This document shows positions 56,872 to 64,000 of a stretch of 64,000 nucleotides of DNA, piece by piece. Every line of letters begins with the position of its first letter. Positions within the stretch are counted from its first letter, which is position 1. The translations under genes and the position numbers were made by a program. The stretch is taken from assembly GCA_963796055.1 (NCBI GenBank), contig CAWCKH010000005.1, positions 128,001 to 192,000 on the forward strand, given 5' to 3'. The notes beneath the pieces are model-generated. The model was not told the origin of the DNA. It was given only the letters and a program-made list of their open reading frames with translations, and searched no databases. Source of the stretch: an uncultured delta proteobacterium. GTDB lineage: Bacteria; Myxococcota; Myxococcia; Myxococcales; Myxococcaceae.

Positions 56872-56972
56872 GTTACCGAAGGTAACGGACTGTTACCGAT
56901 CGGGGCAGACCGAGCCACCTGGTGACGCTCTGCCAACGGATTACGAGGCGTGCAACTTGGCTTGAAAGTTGC
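56872..56972 (+). promoter_or_regulatory. Enhancer plus sigma54 promoter 3 (MFS transporter)
   Basis: TGTTAC-cgaag-GTAAC 56871-56886, second TGTTAC 56891-56896; TGGCTT-GAAAG-TTGC 56958-56972. Confidence 0.78.
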
Positions 56973-57016
56973 GGTCTGCGGAAGTTGCCCACCCGTCTTC
57001 TGAAGGAGGCAGACCG

Positions 57017-58651
57017 ATGGCCGTCGCCGCGTCGTCCCTGCCCATGATCGACAAGAGCGAAGAGCGTCGCGTCATCTTCGCGTCGAGCCTGGGTACCGTC
57101 TTCGAGTGGTACGACTTCTACATCTACGCCGTGCTGGCGCCCTTCTTCGCCAGCGTGTTCTTCCCCCCGGGGAACCAGACGACGGCCCTCCTCAATGCTT
57201 TCGTGAACTACGCGGCAGGCTTCCTGGTCCGCCCGTTCGGGGCGCTGTTCTTCGGCCGGATCGGCGACCTGGTCGGCCGCAAGTACACCTTCCTCGTCAC
57301 CATCACGGTCATGGGTCTGTCCACGGCGCTGGTCGGCTTTCTCCCCACCTACTCCTCGGTCGGCATGCTCGCGCCGCTGCTGCTGCTCCTGCTCCGGCTG
57401 GCGCAGGGCCTGGCGCTGGGCGGTGAGTACGGCGGTGCGGCCACCTACGTGGCCGAGCACGCCCCGGAGAACAAGCGTGGCGGCCACACCGCCTGGATCC
57501 AGACCACCGCCACGGTGGGTCTGCTGCTGGCGCTGGTGGTGATCCTGGCGTGCCGCAGCGGGATGACCACCGCGGACTTCGCGAGCTGGGGCTGGCGCAT
57601 TCCGTTCATCCTCTCGATCATCCTCCTGGTCATCTCCATCTACATCCGGCTCAAGCTGAACGAATCGCCGATGTTCCGGCGGATGAAGGAAGAGGGCAAG
57701 GGAAGCAAGGCCCCGCTGTCCGAGAGCTTCGGGCAGTGGAGCAACCTCAAGATCGTGATCCTCGCCCTCCTCGGCGCGACTGCCGGACAGGGCGTGGTCT
57801 GGTACACCGGCCAGTTCTATGCGCTGTTCTTCCTCCAGACGACGCTGAAGGTCCCGTTCGAGACGGTGTACATGCTCATCGCCATCTCGCTGATCATCGG
57901 CACCCCGTTCTTCCTCGTCTTCGGCCGGCTCTCGGACCGGATCGGCCGCAAGTGGATCATGATGGCCGGGTGCCTGCTCGGCGTGCTCACCTACTTCCCG
58001 CTCTTCAAGGGGCTGACCCACTACGCCAACCCGGCGCTGGAGGCGTTCAACGCCAGCAACAAGATCACGCTGACCGCCACCAACTGCCAGACGCACATCT
58101 TCGCCCTGCCCACCACCAAGTACAGCGAGTGTGATCGCGTCCGGAACATCCTCGGCTCGAGGAGCGTGAACTACGACAACATCGAAGGCGCTCCAGGCTC
58201 CATGCCGGTGGTGCGGATCAACGACAAGGAGATCAGCTCTCCGGCCTCGATGGACGCGGCCGGGATCAAGGCCTTCGAAGGGCAGATCACCGGTGCCCTC
58301 ACTGCCTCAGGCTATCCGGCGAAGTTCGACCCGGCGGGCCTGAACTGGCCGATGGTGCTTCTCATCCTGCTGATCATGGTGATCTACGTCACCATGGTGT
58401 ACGGCCCCATCGCCGCGTTCCTGGTGGAGCTGTTCCCCACCCGGATCCGGTACACGTCGATGTCGCTGCCGTACCACATCGGCAACGGATGGTTCGGCGG
58501 CATGCTCCCTCTCACCGCGTCGGCCCTGGTGGCGGCGAACGGGGACATCTACTTCGGCCTCTGGTACCCGATCATCGTCGCGGCGATGACCTTCGTGATC
58601 GGCTCGCTCATGATCAAGGAGACCAAGGACCACAAGATCGGCGTGGTGTAG
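57017..58651 (+). CDS. MFS transporter, metabolite:H+ symporter (MHS) family
   Basis: SSLGTVFEWYDF, GRIGDLVGRK, GGEYGGA, ELFPTRIRY; RBS AAGGAGG. Confidence 0.92.
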   Translation: MAVAASSLPMIDKSEERRVIFASSLGTVFEWYDFYIYAVLAPFFASVFFPPGNQTTALLNAFVNYAAGFLVRPFGALFFGRIGDLVGRKYTFLVTITVMGLSTALVGFLPTYSSVGMLAPLLLLLLRLAQGLALGGEYGGAATYVAEHAPENKRGGHTAWIQTTATVGLLLALVVILACRSGMTTADFASWGWRIPFILSIILLVISIYIRLKLNESPMFRRMKEEGKGSKAPLSESFGQWSNLKIVILALLGATAGQGVVWYTGQFYALFFLQTTLKVPFETVYMLIAISLIIGTPFFLVFGRLSDRIGRKWIMMAGCLLGVLTYFPLFKGLTHYANPALEAFNASNKITLTATNCQTHIFALPTTKYSECDRVRNILGSRSVNYDNIEGAPGSMPVVRINDKEISSPASMDAAGIKAFEGQITGALTASGYPAKFDPAGLNWPMVLLILLIMVIYVTMVYGPIAAFLVELFPTRIRYTSMSLPYHIGNGWFGGMLPLTASALVAANGDIYFGLWYPIIVAAMTFVIGSLMIKETKDHKIGVV

Positions 58652-58690
58652 CGCCCGTTCCCTTCGAGTCCGGGGATCCGTCCCCGACCG

Positions 58691-58744
58691 CCGGCCGGCC
58701 CCGTCCCTCCCCCCCGGGACACGGGTGCCGGCCGGGTTTTTTTT
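58691..58744 (+). terminator. Rho-independent terminator after the MFS gene
   Basis: CCGGCCGGC...GCCGGCCGG stem followed by T8. Confidence 0.75.
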
Positions 58745-60254
58745 AGGGTGCGAACAGGCTGGGGCAATGGCCCGGCTGGGCGGGCGACCCGGAGATGGCC
58801 CCGCCGCGGGGGATGCACTGGCTGGGCGGAAGCGCCTGACCGTGCTCCACCCGGTTCACCAGGAGGTCGAAGGCCCGCTGCGCGTGCGGCTCGATGTACT
58901 CGAGCTGGGGGAAGGTCACCTTGAACGTCTCGATGTGGTTCCCGTTCTGGACCTCGTAGAGGCGGAAGTCCGGGCGGCGGTGGTCGTGCCTTCGCTCGCC
59001 GTGCCCATCGTCGTCACCGTCGTCCCCGTCGGCGAGGGCCGCCTCCACCTTTCGCGCGTAGGCCCGGGCGTGCCGGTCGATGGGCAGCAGGCCGTCCATG
59101 GTGCCGGCGACGGTGATCAGCGGCCGCTGGATCCGTCCGGAAGTGGCGAAGCTCGCGACCTGCGCCCCCACGCCCGACTCCGAGAGACGGGCGTAGTAGT
59201 TGTAGGTGCCGGTGCCCTGGGCGTAGGTGTCGTAGCCGGGGTCGAGCCGCTTCTGCCACTGGCAGTGGGTCACCTCCCAGAACTGGGCCCAGTAGCTGGT
59301 CCAGAGCGAGGCCGTCCCGCTCACGATGTCTGGCGGATACCCGGCGGCGCGGATGTTCTTCGCCGCGGTGCTGTTCGGGTCCAGCCCCGAGGCAACGTAG
59401 TCGGGGTAGTTCAGGATGGCCGGCGGGAGGTCGGTGAGGAGGTTGGGGCCGGCCGGGTCGACCTCCGTCCCCTCCCAGTCCACGCCGCCATCGAAGAGAC
59501 CGGGGAAGAGCTCCACCGCGCGGCGGACCTGGTAGCCGCCGTTGGAGGTACCGACCGCGTAGGTGAAGCGAGGGCCGCGGCCGTAGCGCGCCTCCACGCC
59601 CTGCTGGGCGAGCCGGGCCGCGTCGCCCATGAAGAGCGCCCAGCGGACGAAGGGCTGACCCGGATCGTTGTCGTAGAAGTTCACCCAGAACTGGGAGCCG
59701 GGGCCGGGGTTCAGCCGGCAGGCGAGCTCGTTCGGCGGGGTGGGACTGGAAGGGTTGGTGATGCGGAGGTTCAGCACCCCCTTGTTCTGCGAGGCGTAGG
59801 CGTAGCCCTTCTGGACGACGTAGTCGCTCCAGGCAAAGTCGCCGTTGAACTCGCTCCGGGTGCCGGAGGCCCCGGCGACCACCAGCCGGCCGTTCCAGTC
59901 GTCGGGCAACCGGAGCAGGAAGCGCGCCTGTCCCTGGGGATCGCCGGCGATCCGGCCGTCGATCTGGACGCCCGGCACCGCCTTGAAGATGGGCGTCCGG
60001 TCGGGGGCCGCCGGGGCGATGACGTTGCGGTCGGTGCTGGGGGTGAAGGCGCCCACCGGAAGGCCAGCAAGCGAATTGTCCGGCGGGGTGGTGGCCGGGT
60101 TGGCGGTGGTGAGATCCGGACTCTCGACGCACGTCGCGTCGACCAGCCGATCTCCGAGCCAGTGAAGCGCCTGGTCGCACTTGCTCCCCGCCCCGGCAGC
60201 GAGCGGCGCCAGCAGCGCGATCAGCATCGAGGAACGCAGCGTGCATTCGAGCAT
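58743..60254 (-). CDS. Secreted alpha/beta hydrolase (tannase/feruloyl esterase or 3HB-oligomer hydrolase-like)
   Basis: Signal peptide, LRLPDDWNGRL, GTSNGG nucleophile elbow, GTMDGLLP, GNHIE. Confidence 0.8.
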   Translation of the reverse strand: MLECTLRSSMLIALLAPLAAGAGSKCDQALHWLGDRLVDATCVESPDLTTANPATTPPDNSLAGLPVGAFTPSTDRNVIAPAAPDRTPIFKAVPGVQIDGRIAGDPQGQARFLLRLPDDWNGRLVVAGASGTRSEFNGDFAWSDYVVQKGYAYASQNKGVLNLRITNPSSPTPPNELACRLNPGPGSQFWVNFYDNDPGQPFVRWALFMGDAARLAQQGVEARYGRGPRFTYAVGTSNGGYQVRRAVELFPGLFDGGVDWEGTEVDPAGPNLLTDLPPAILNYPDYVASGLDPNSTAAKNIRAAGYPPDIVSGTASLWTSYWAQFWEVTHCQWQKRLDPGYDTYAQGTGTYNYYARLSESGVGAQVASFATSGRIQRPLITVAGTMDGLLPIDRHARAYARKVEAALADGDDGDDDGHGERRHDHRRPDFRLYEVQNGNHIETFKVTFPQLEYIEPHAQRAFDLLVNRVEHGQALPPSQCIPRGGAISGSPAQPGHCPSLFAP

Positions 60255-60461
60255 CGTGGAGGCCCTCACCCTGGAATTGGAGCGGCGGAGTCTGGGCCGT
60301 CCGGGAGGGTCTCCGGAAGCGACAAGTGGGTCAAAGAAGGGCGGTGAACGGCCGGGCGCGCCCGCGGGCCAGGGGAATTCCCGATGCAAGAACAGGACGG
60401 CGGGCGCCCTCGAACCCGAGGACGCCCGCCGCGCACGGTCCCCAGAGAGTGGAGCCCGGGG

Positions 60462-61649
60462 CTAGAAGCCGACCTGGAACTGCAGGAAGCCCTGCCACTG
60501 CGTGTTGCCGACTTCCCTGTCGGCGTAAATGAACTCGGCCGTGACTTTGTAGGTGTTCTGCAGGACGTACCACGAGAGGCCGCCATGGTAGGCCCGCGTC
60601 CAGCCACCGGCCGCGTTCCCGCTGTAGACGAAGCCGTCCGGAATCGCCCAGTCGAACGCCACGAACGGGCCGATGACCCCGAAGCGCATCGACACCAGCG
60701 CATCGAGCTGCTTCTTGGAGAGGTTGCTGTCGGAGCCTGCCCAGATCCGCCAGGCCGCGATGTCAACGCTGAGCTCGAGGTCGTCGCTGAACGGAATGTC
60801 GGCGAAGACGTCGAAGGCGAAGGTCGTCCAGCTCGTCATGCCGGTCGGTACCGCGGTCCCGCCGGCGGCGCTGGTGTACCCGGTCGTCCGGACTGAGTTG
60901 GTCTGGAAGTCACCCAGCACGCCGATGCTGACGATCGGGGACTTGGCGAAGCAGACCTGGCAGAACGCGTAGCCGTCCTCCTTGCCCGCGATGTTGAAGC
61001 GCAGAGTTCCAGCGAACCGCGGCGCGTCGCCCGGGTTGATTCCCTCCGCGGCGGGGGTGGTCGCGATCGTCTGCTCTCCATTGAAGACGCCGAGGCGGTA
61101 GTAGAGCCGGTCGTCCAGGAGGAGCCCGCGGAGCTCGACGCCCACATCGCGGGTGCCCCGCTGGCTGTTCGGCGCGTAGGCGGTCGGGAAGAGGCTCACG
61201 CTCGCGAACTTCGCACCCGAGGTCAGCGGGTTGTGCAGGTTCGGGAGGAGCATCAGGCCGGCGTCGATGAGCAGCGCCTTGCTGACCTTGTAGGTGGCCA
61301 GCGCATCGAGGAGGTAGAGGTTGTTGTTCCAGGAGACGCCGTCGGCGTTGGCCCCCGTCGGCGGGCCACCCTTCACCACCGCGCCGTAGCTGATGTCGGT
61401 TTCGATGAAGAACCCGATGTTTTCGTTGAACTGGCCACCGAGCAGGATGCGCGCCCGCCGGAGCAGAAAGTCGTTCGACGGGTCGCTCCCCGAGCCGGCC
61501 CCGTCCTGCGTGATGCGGTACTGCGCCTGAATCAGGGCACCGACGTCGACGAAGCCCTTCTCGCTGAACGAGATCTTCGCAGCGTTCGCCGTGCCCGCTG
61601 CCATCAGGCACAGCACTCCGAGACACGACTTCCAGGTTTGTGACCTCAT
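60462..61649 (-). CDS. Outer-membrane porin (OprO/OprP-like)
   Basis: Signal peptide, F.LRRARI, RDVGV..G, GVFNG, C-terminal QFQVGF. Confidence 0.82.
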   Translation of the reverse strand: MRSQTWKSCLGVLCLMAAGTANAAKISFSEKGFVDVGALIQAQYRITQDGAGSGSDPSNDFLLRRARILLGGQFNENIGFFIETDISYGAVVKGGPPTGANADGVSWNNNLYLLDALATYKVSKALLIDAGLMLLPNLHNPLTSGAKFASVSLFPTAYAPNSQRGTRDVGVELRGLLLDDRLYYRLGVFNGEQTIATTPAAEGINPGDAPRFAGTLRFNIAGKEDGYAFCQVCFAKSPIVSIGVLGDFQTNSVRTTGYTSAAGGTAVPTGMTSWTTFAFDVFADIPFSDDLELSVDIAAWRIWAGSDSNLSKKQLDALVSMRFGVIGPFVAFDWAIPDGFVYSGNAAGGWTRAYHGGLSWYVLQNTYKVTAEFIYADREVGNTQWQGFLQFQVGF

Positions 61650-61736
61650 TCGTCCCCTCTCCACGTGAATGCTGCCCCAGGGCACACGATGACCTAGCGC
61701 CAGTCGGCGACCAACTTTTTTTTGGCCCCGCTGTAG

Positions 61737-61840
61737 GCAATCCACGTTCCAGGGGCCTGCCCCTGCGTAGCTCAAGGACTTGCGCGCAGGGGGACCGCTC
61801 CCGGCGTGTGGATGGGTAACGGAGCGTTACCAACGGTAAC
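61737..61840 (-). promoter_or_regulatory. Enhancer plus sigma54 promoter 4 (porin)
   Basis: GTTAC-caacg-GTAAC 61826-61840 plus half-site 61816-61820; minus-strand TGGAAC-GTGGA-TTGC 61751-61737. Confidence 0.72.
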
Positions 61841-61987
61841 GTCCGCGGGCGTTCACTGAGCCTGGAACGTCCGGGAATTCCAAGGGATTTGAAACCCGTT
61901 GGCGACGGCGGCGTCACCAATCCGTCACCCGATCCGGGCGGCCGGAGACGGAGACGGCGGCACGCAGGATCACGTGCCGCCGTCAGT

Positions 61988-62060
61988 TGAGAGCGGAGGG
62001 AATCGAACCCACAACCTATGGATTAAGAGTCCATTGCTCTGCCAATTGAGCTACGCTCCC
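61988..62060 (-). tRNA. tRNA-Lys(CTT)
   Basis: GGGAGCG acceptor, AGCTCAATTGGCAGAGC D arm, ATGGA-CTCTTAA-TCCAT, GGTTCGATTCC. Confidence 0.95.
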
Positions 62061-62222
62061 GCTCGCCTGGCTGCGCGAGGGTCCGCGCGTATAACCGCCC
62101 GTGCTGCCATGAGTCAACGGCTGCGTCCTGGCACCCGACGGCTGCGTGATTGGCCTGTCGCCTCCTCCCGGACCTAGACTCGTCACAGGTTGCGTTCGGA
62201 GGGGAGTGGTCGGAGGAGTCCC

Positions 62223-63401
62223 GTGGTGGCCAAGTCGCTGGCCGTCGCCGTGGTCCTGGTCCTCGCCTTGGGGTGCGCCACCCCTGCCGCCAGCCGGCAT
62301 TCACTCGCCGAGAGCTGGATCGAGGAGGCCCGGGCCACCGACGGCTTGGTGCTCGAATCCCCGCTGACCGTCTCGCCGCAGGTCCGCTCGCTGGTCCGCG
62401 AGAAGGTGGGGTACGCGGGGACCGAGAAGTCCCGTCTCCTCAAGCTGGTGCGCTTCCTGTCCGAGGTGGACGGCCTCGGCTTCCAGTACCAGACCCAGAG
62501 CTCGCTTACCGCCGAGAAGGCCTTCGTCGCCCGCCGCGGCGACTGCATGAGCTACGCCAACCTCTTGGTCGCCCTGGCGCGGACGCTCGACGTGCCGGTG
62601 CGCTTCGTGCGCATCACCCAGCTGCCGGTGACCTGGGAGGCCGGCGGACGGTTCTTCGAGTCGTCGCACATGGCGGTGGCGCTGGGGCGCAATGCCTCGT
62701 GGGACCAGGCGGTGGTGGTCGACTTCGGCAACGTCCACACCTCGCCCTGGCGCTTCGCGCTCTACGACGATGTCTCGGACGACGAGGCCTTCGTCCTCTT
62801 CCAGAACAACGTGGCGGTGCAGCGGATGCTGGCCGGCGACGTGGGCACCGCCGAGCGCATCCTCCGCATCCTGCACCACCATGCGCCGCGCACTCCGGAG
62901 GTCCCCAACAATCTGTCGCTGGTGCTGCTCCAGACCGGGCGGGAGAGGGAGGCGATGGACCTGCTCGAGGTCTCGGTGGAGCAGTTCCCGCGCTTCCGGC
63001 CCCTGTTCGCCAACGCGGTCCACGCGGCGCGCCGGCTGGGAGACGAGGAGCTGGCCAGGACCCTCGAGGTCCGGGGACGGGAGCTGCTGGAGGACGAGCC
63101 GGCCTGGAACTTCAACGAGGGAATGCGCTCGTACCATGCCCGCGCGTACTCCACCGCCGCGCTGCGCTTCGAGAAGGCCCTCTCGGCGGACCCGGACAAC
63201 GTTCGCCTCCTCGCCTGGAGCGCCCGGGCCCACCTCGCCGCGGGCAATCTCCGCCGCGGGCTGGAGCAGGTGGAGCGCATCCGCTCCGGCCCACCCTCGG
63301 AGGCCCGCTCCCAGCTGCTGGAGGACCTGAGGAACGCCTTCCCGCAGCTCGACTCGCCGGCGCCCCTTCCGCCACCGCCCGTCGCCGAACGCAAGCCCTG
63401 A
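62223..63401 (+). CDS. Transglutaminase-like / TPR lipoprotein
   Basis: Lipobox LALGC; GDCMSYA (Cys), SHM (His), VVDF (Asp); TPR C-terminus. Confidence 0.8.
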   Translation: MVAKSLAVAVVLVLALGCATPAASRHSLAESWIEEARATDGLVLESPLTVSPQVRSLVREKVGYAGTEKSRLLKLVRFLSEVDGLGFQYQTQSSLTAEKAFVARRGDCMSYANLLVALARTLDVPVRFVRITQLPVTWEAGGRFFESSHMAVALGRNASWDQAVVVDFGNVHTSPWRFALYDDVSDDEAFVLFQNNVAVQRMLAGDVGTAERILRILHHHAPRTPEVPNNLSLVLLQTGREREAMDLLEVSVEQFPRFRPLFANAVHAARRLGDEELARTLEVRGRELLEDEPAWNFNEGMRSYHARAYSTAALRFEKALSADPDNVRLLAWSARAHLAAGNLRRGLEQVERIRSGPPSEARSQLLEDLRNAFPQLDSPAPLPPPPVAERKP

Positions 63402-63428
63402 GACCCCTCCCCGGGGGAGCCGCCGCCT

Positions 63429-64000
63429 CTACCGCGCCTCCCTCGGAGCGAGGACGCGCTGCACGGCCTCCAGCAGCTCGAGGTGGGTGAACGGCTTCTG
63501 CAGGAAGTTGGTGCCCGGGTCGCGGCGCAGCTCGGGGTCCATCTGGCCCTCGCCGTATCCGCTCACCACCAGGACCCGCGCCGAAGGATGGCGCTGGTGG
63601 ATTGTGCGGTAGGCGGCGATGCCGCTGAGGCCCGGCAGCACCGCGTCGAGGATGACCAGGTCCACCGCCACGCCCGCGAGCAGGGCCAGGGCCGACTCGG
63701 CGTCGTCCGCGGTCAGGGCCCGGAATCCGCTCCGCTCCAGCAGCCGCGCCAGGCCCTGGCGGACGGCGGCATCGTCCTCGACCACCAGCACCGTGCCGCC
63801 GGTGCGAGGGGCGGGAGTGCGGGAGCGCCGCTCGGCCTCGAGCGGGAGCCCCTCGATGGCGGGGAGGAGAATCTCGAAGGTGGATCCCCGGGCCGGCGCG
63901 CTCGACACCTCCACCACGCCCTGGTGCTGGCGGACGATGCCGTGCACCACTGCCAGGCCCAGCCCGGTTCCGCGTCCCGGGGCCTTGGTGGTGAAGAACG
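63429..64000 (-). CDS. Hybrid histidine kinase / receiver, C-terminal part (partial)
   Basis: [16 protein letters not shown]...HQG; receiver VVEDD, DAVLPG, KPF. Confidence 0.9.
   Translation of the reverse strand, partial: FFTTKAPGRGTGLGLAVVHGIVRQHQGVVEVSSAPARGSTFEILLPAIEGLPLEAERRSRTPAPRTGGTVLVVEDDAAVRQGLARLLERSGFRALTADDAESALALLAGVAVDLVILDAVLPGLSGIAAYRTIHQRHPSARVLVVSGYGEGQMDPELRRDPGTNFLQKPFTHLELLEAVQRVLAPREAR

Noticed and set aside
29972..62060. Genomic island bounded by tRNA-Leu and tRNA-Lys
   Set aside because: No integrase, no duplicated tRNA 3' end seen, no obvious compositional shift

Overview
High-GC window, probably from a myxobacterium (Myxococcota): the ClpX and Lon N-termini resemble those I recall from Myxococcus. 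The left half is mostly housekeeping and metabolic: a cNMP-TrxB fusion, 3-hydroxybutyrate dehydrogenase, TolC, desaturase, rsmE, pepP, a metY-metX-thrA/metL operon, yqgE-bolA-grxD-Mo oxidoreductase, tig-clpP-clpX-lon and tRNA-Leu. The right half (about 37.2-61.9 kb) is a carboxylate/acetate sensing and uptake cluster. It holds a CbrX/CbrA/CbrB-like sigma54 system, an Acs-like protein lacking its catalytic motifs, DUF4212 plus an ActP-like symporter, a second SLC5 sensor kinase with a receiver protein, a HAMP-PAS-pseudokinase-exonuclease fusion, two tandem CBS-DUF294 nucleotidyltransferases, transporters, a secreted hydrolase and a porin. Best observations: (1) four intergenic regions each carry GTTAC-N5-GTAAC repeats about 70-95 bp upstream of a correctly spaced sigma54 -24/-12 promoter, which outlines a regulon; (2) the first target is an Acs pseudoenzyme sitting where Pseudomonas has crcZ; (3) an unannotated, probably leaderless Cys-rich leader peptide with mutually exclusive RNA helices lies upstream of metY. 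An IS91-family transposase relic and a deleted MBL-hydrolase pseudogene are also present. All calls are by eye; no database searches were run.
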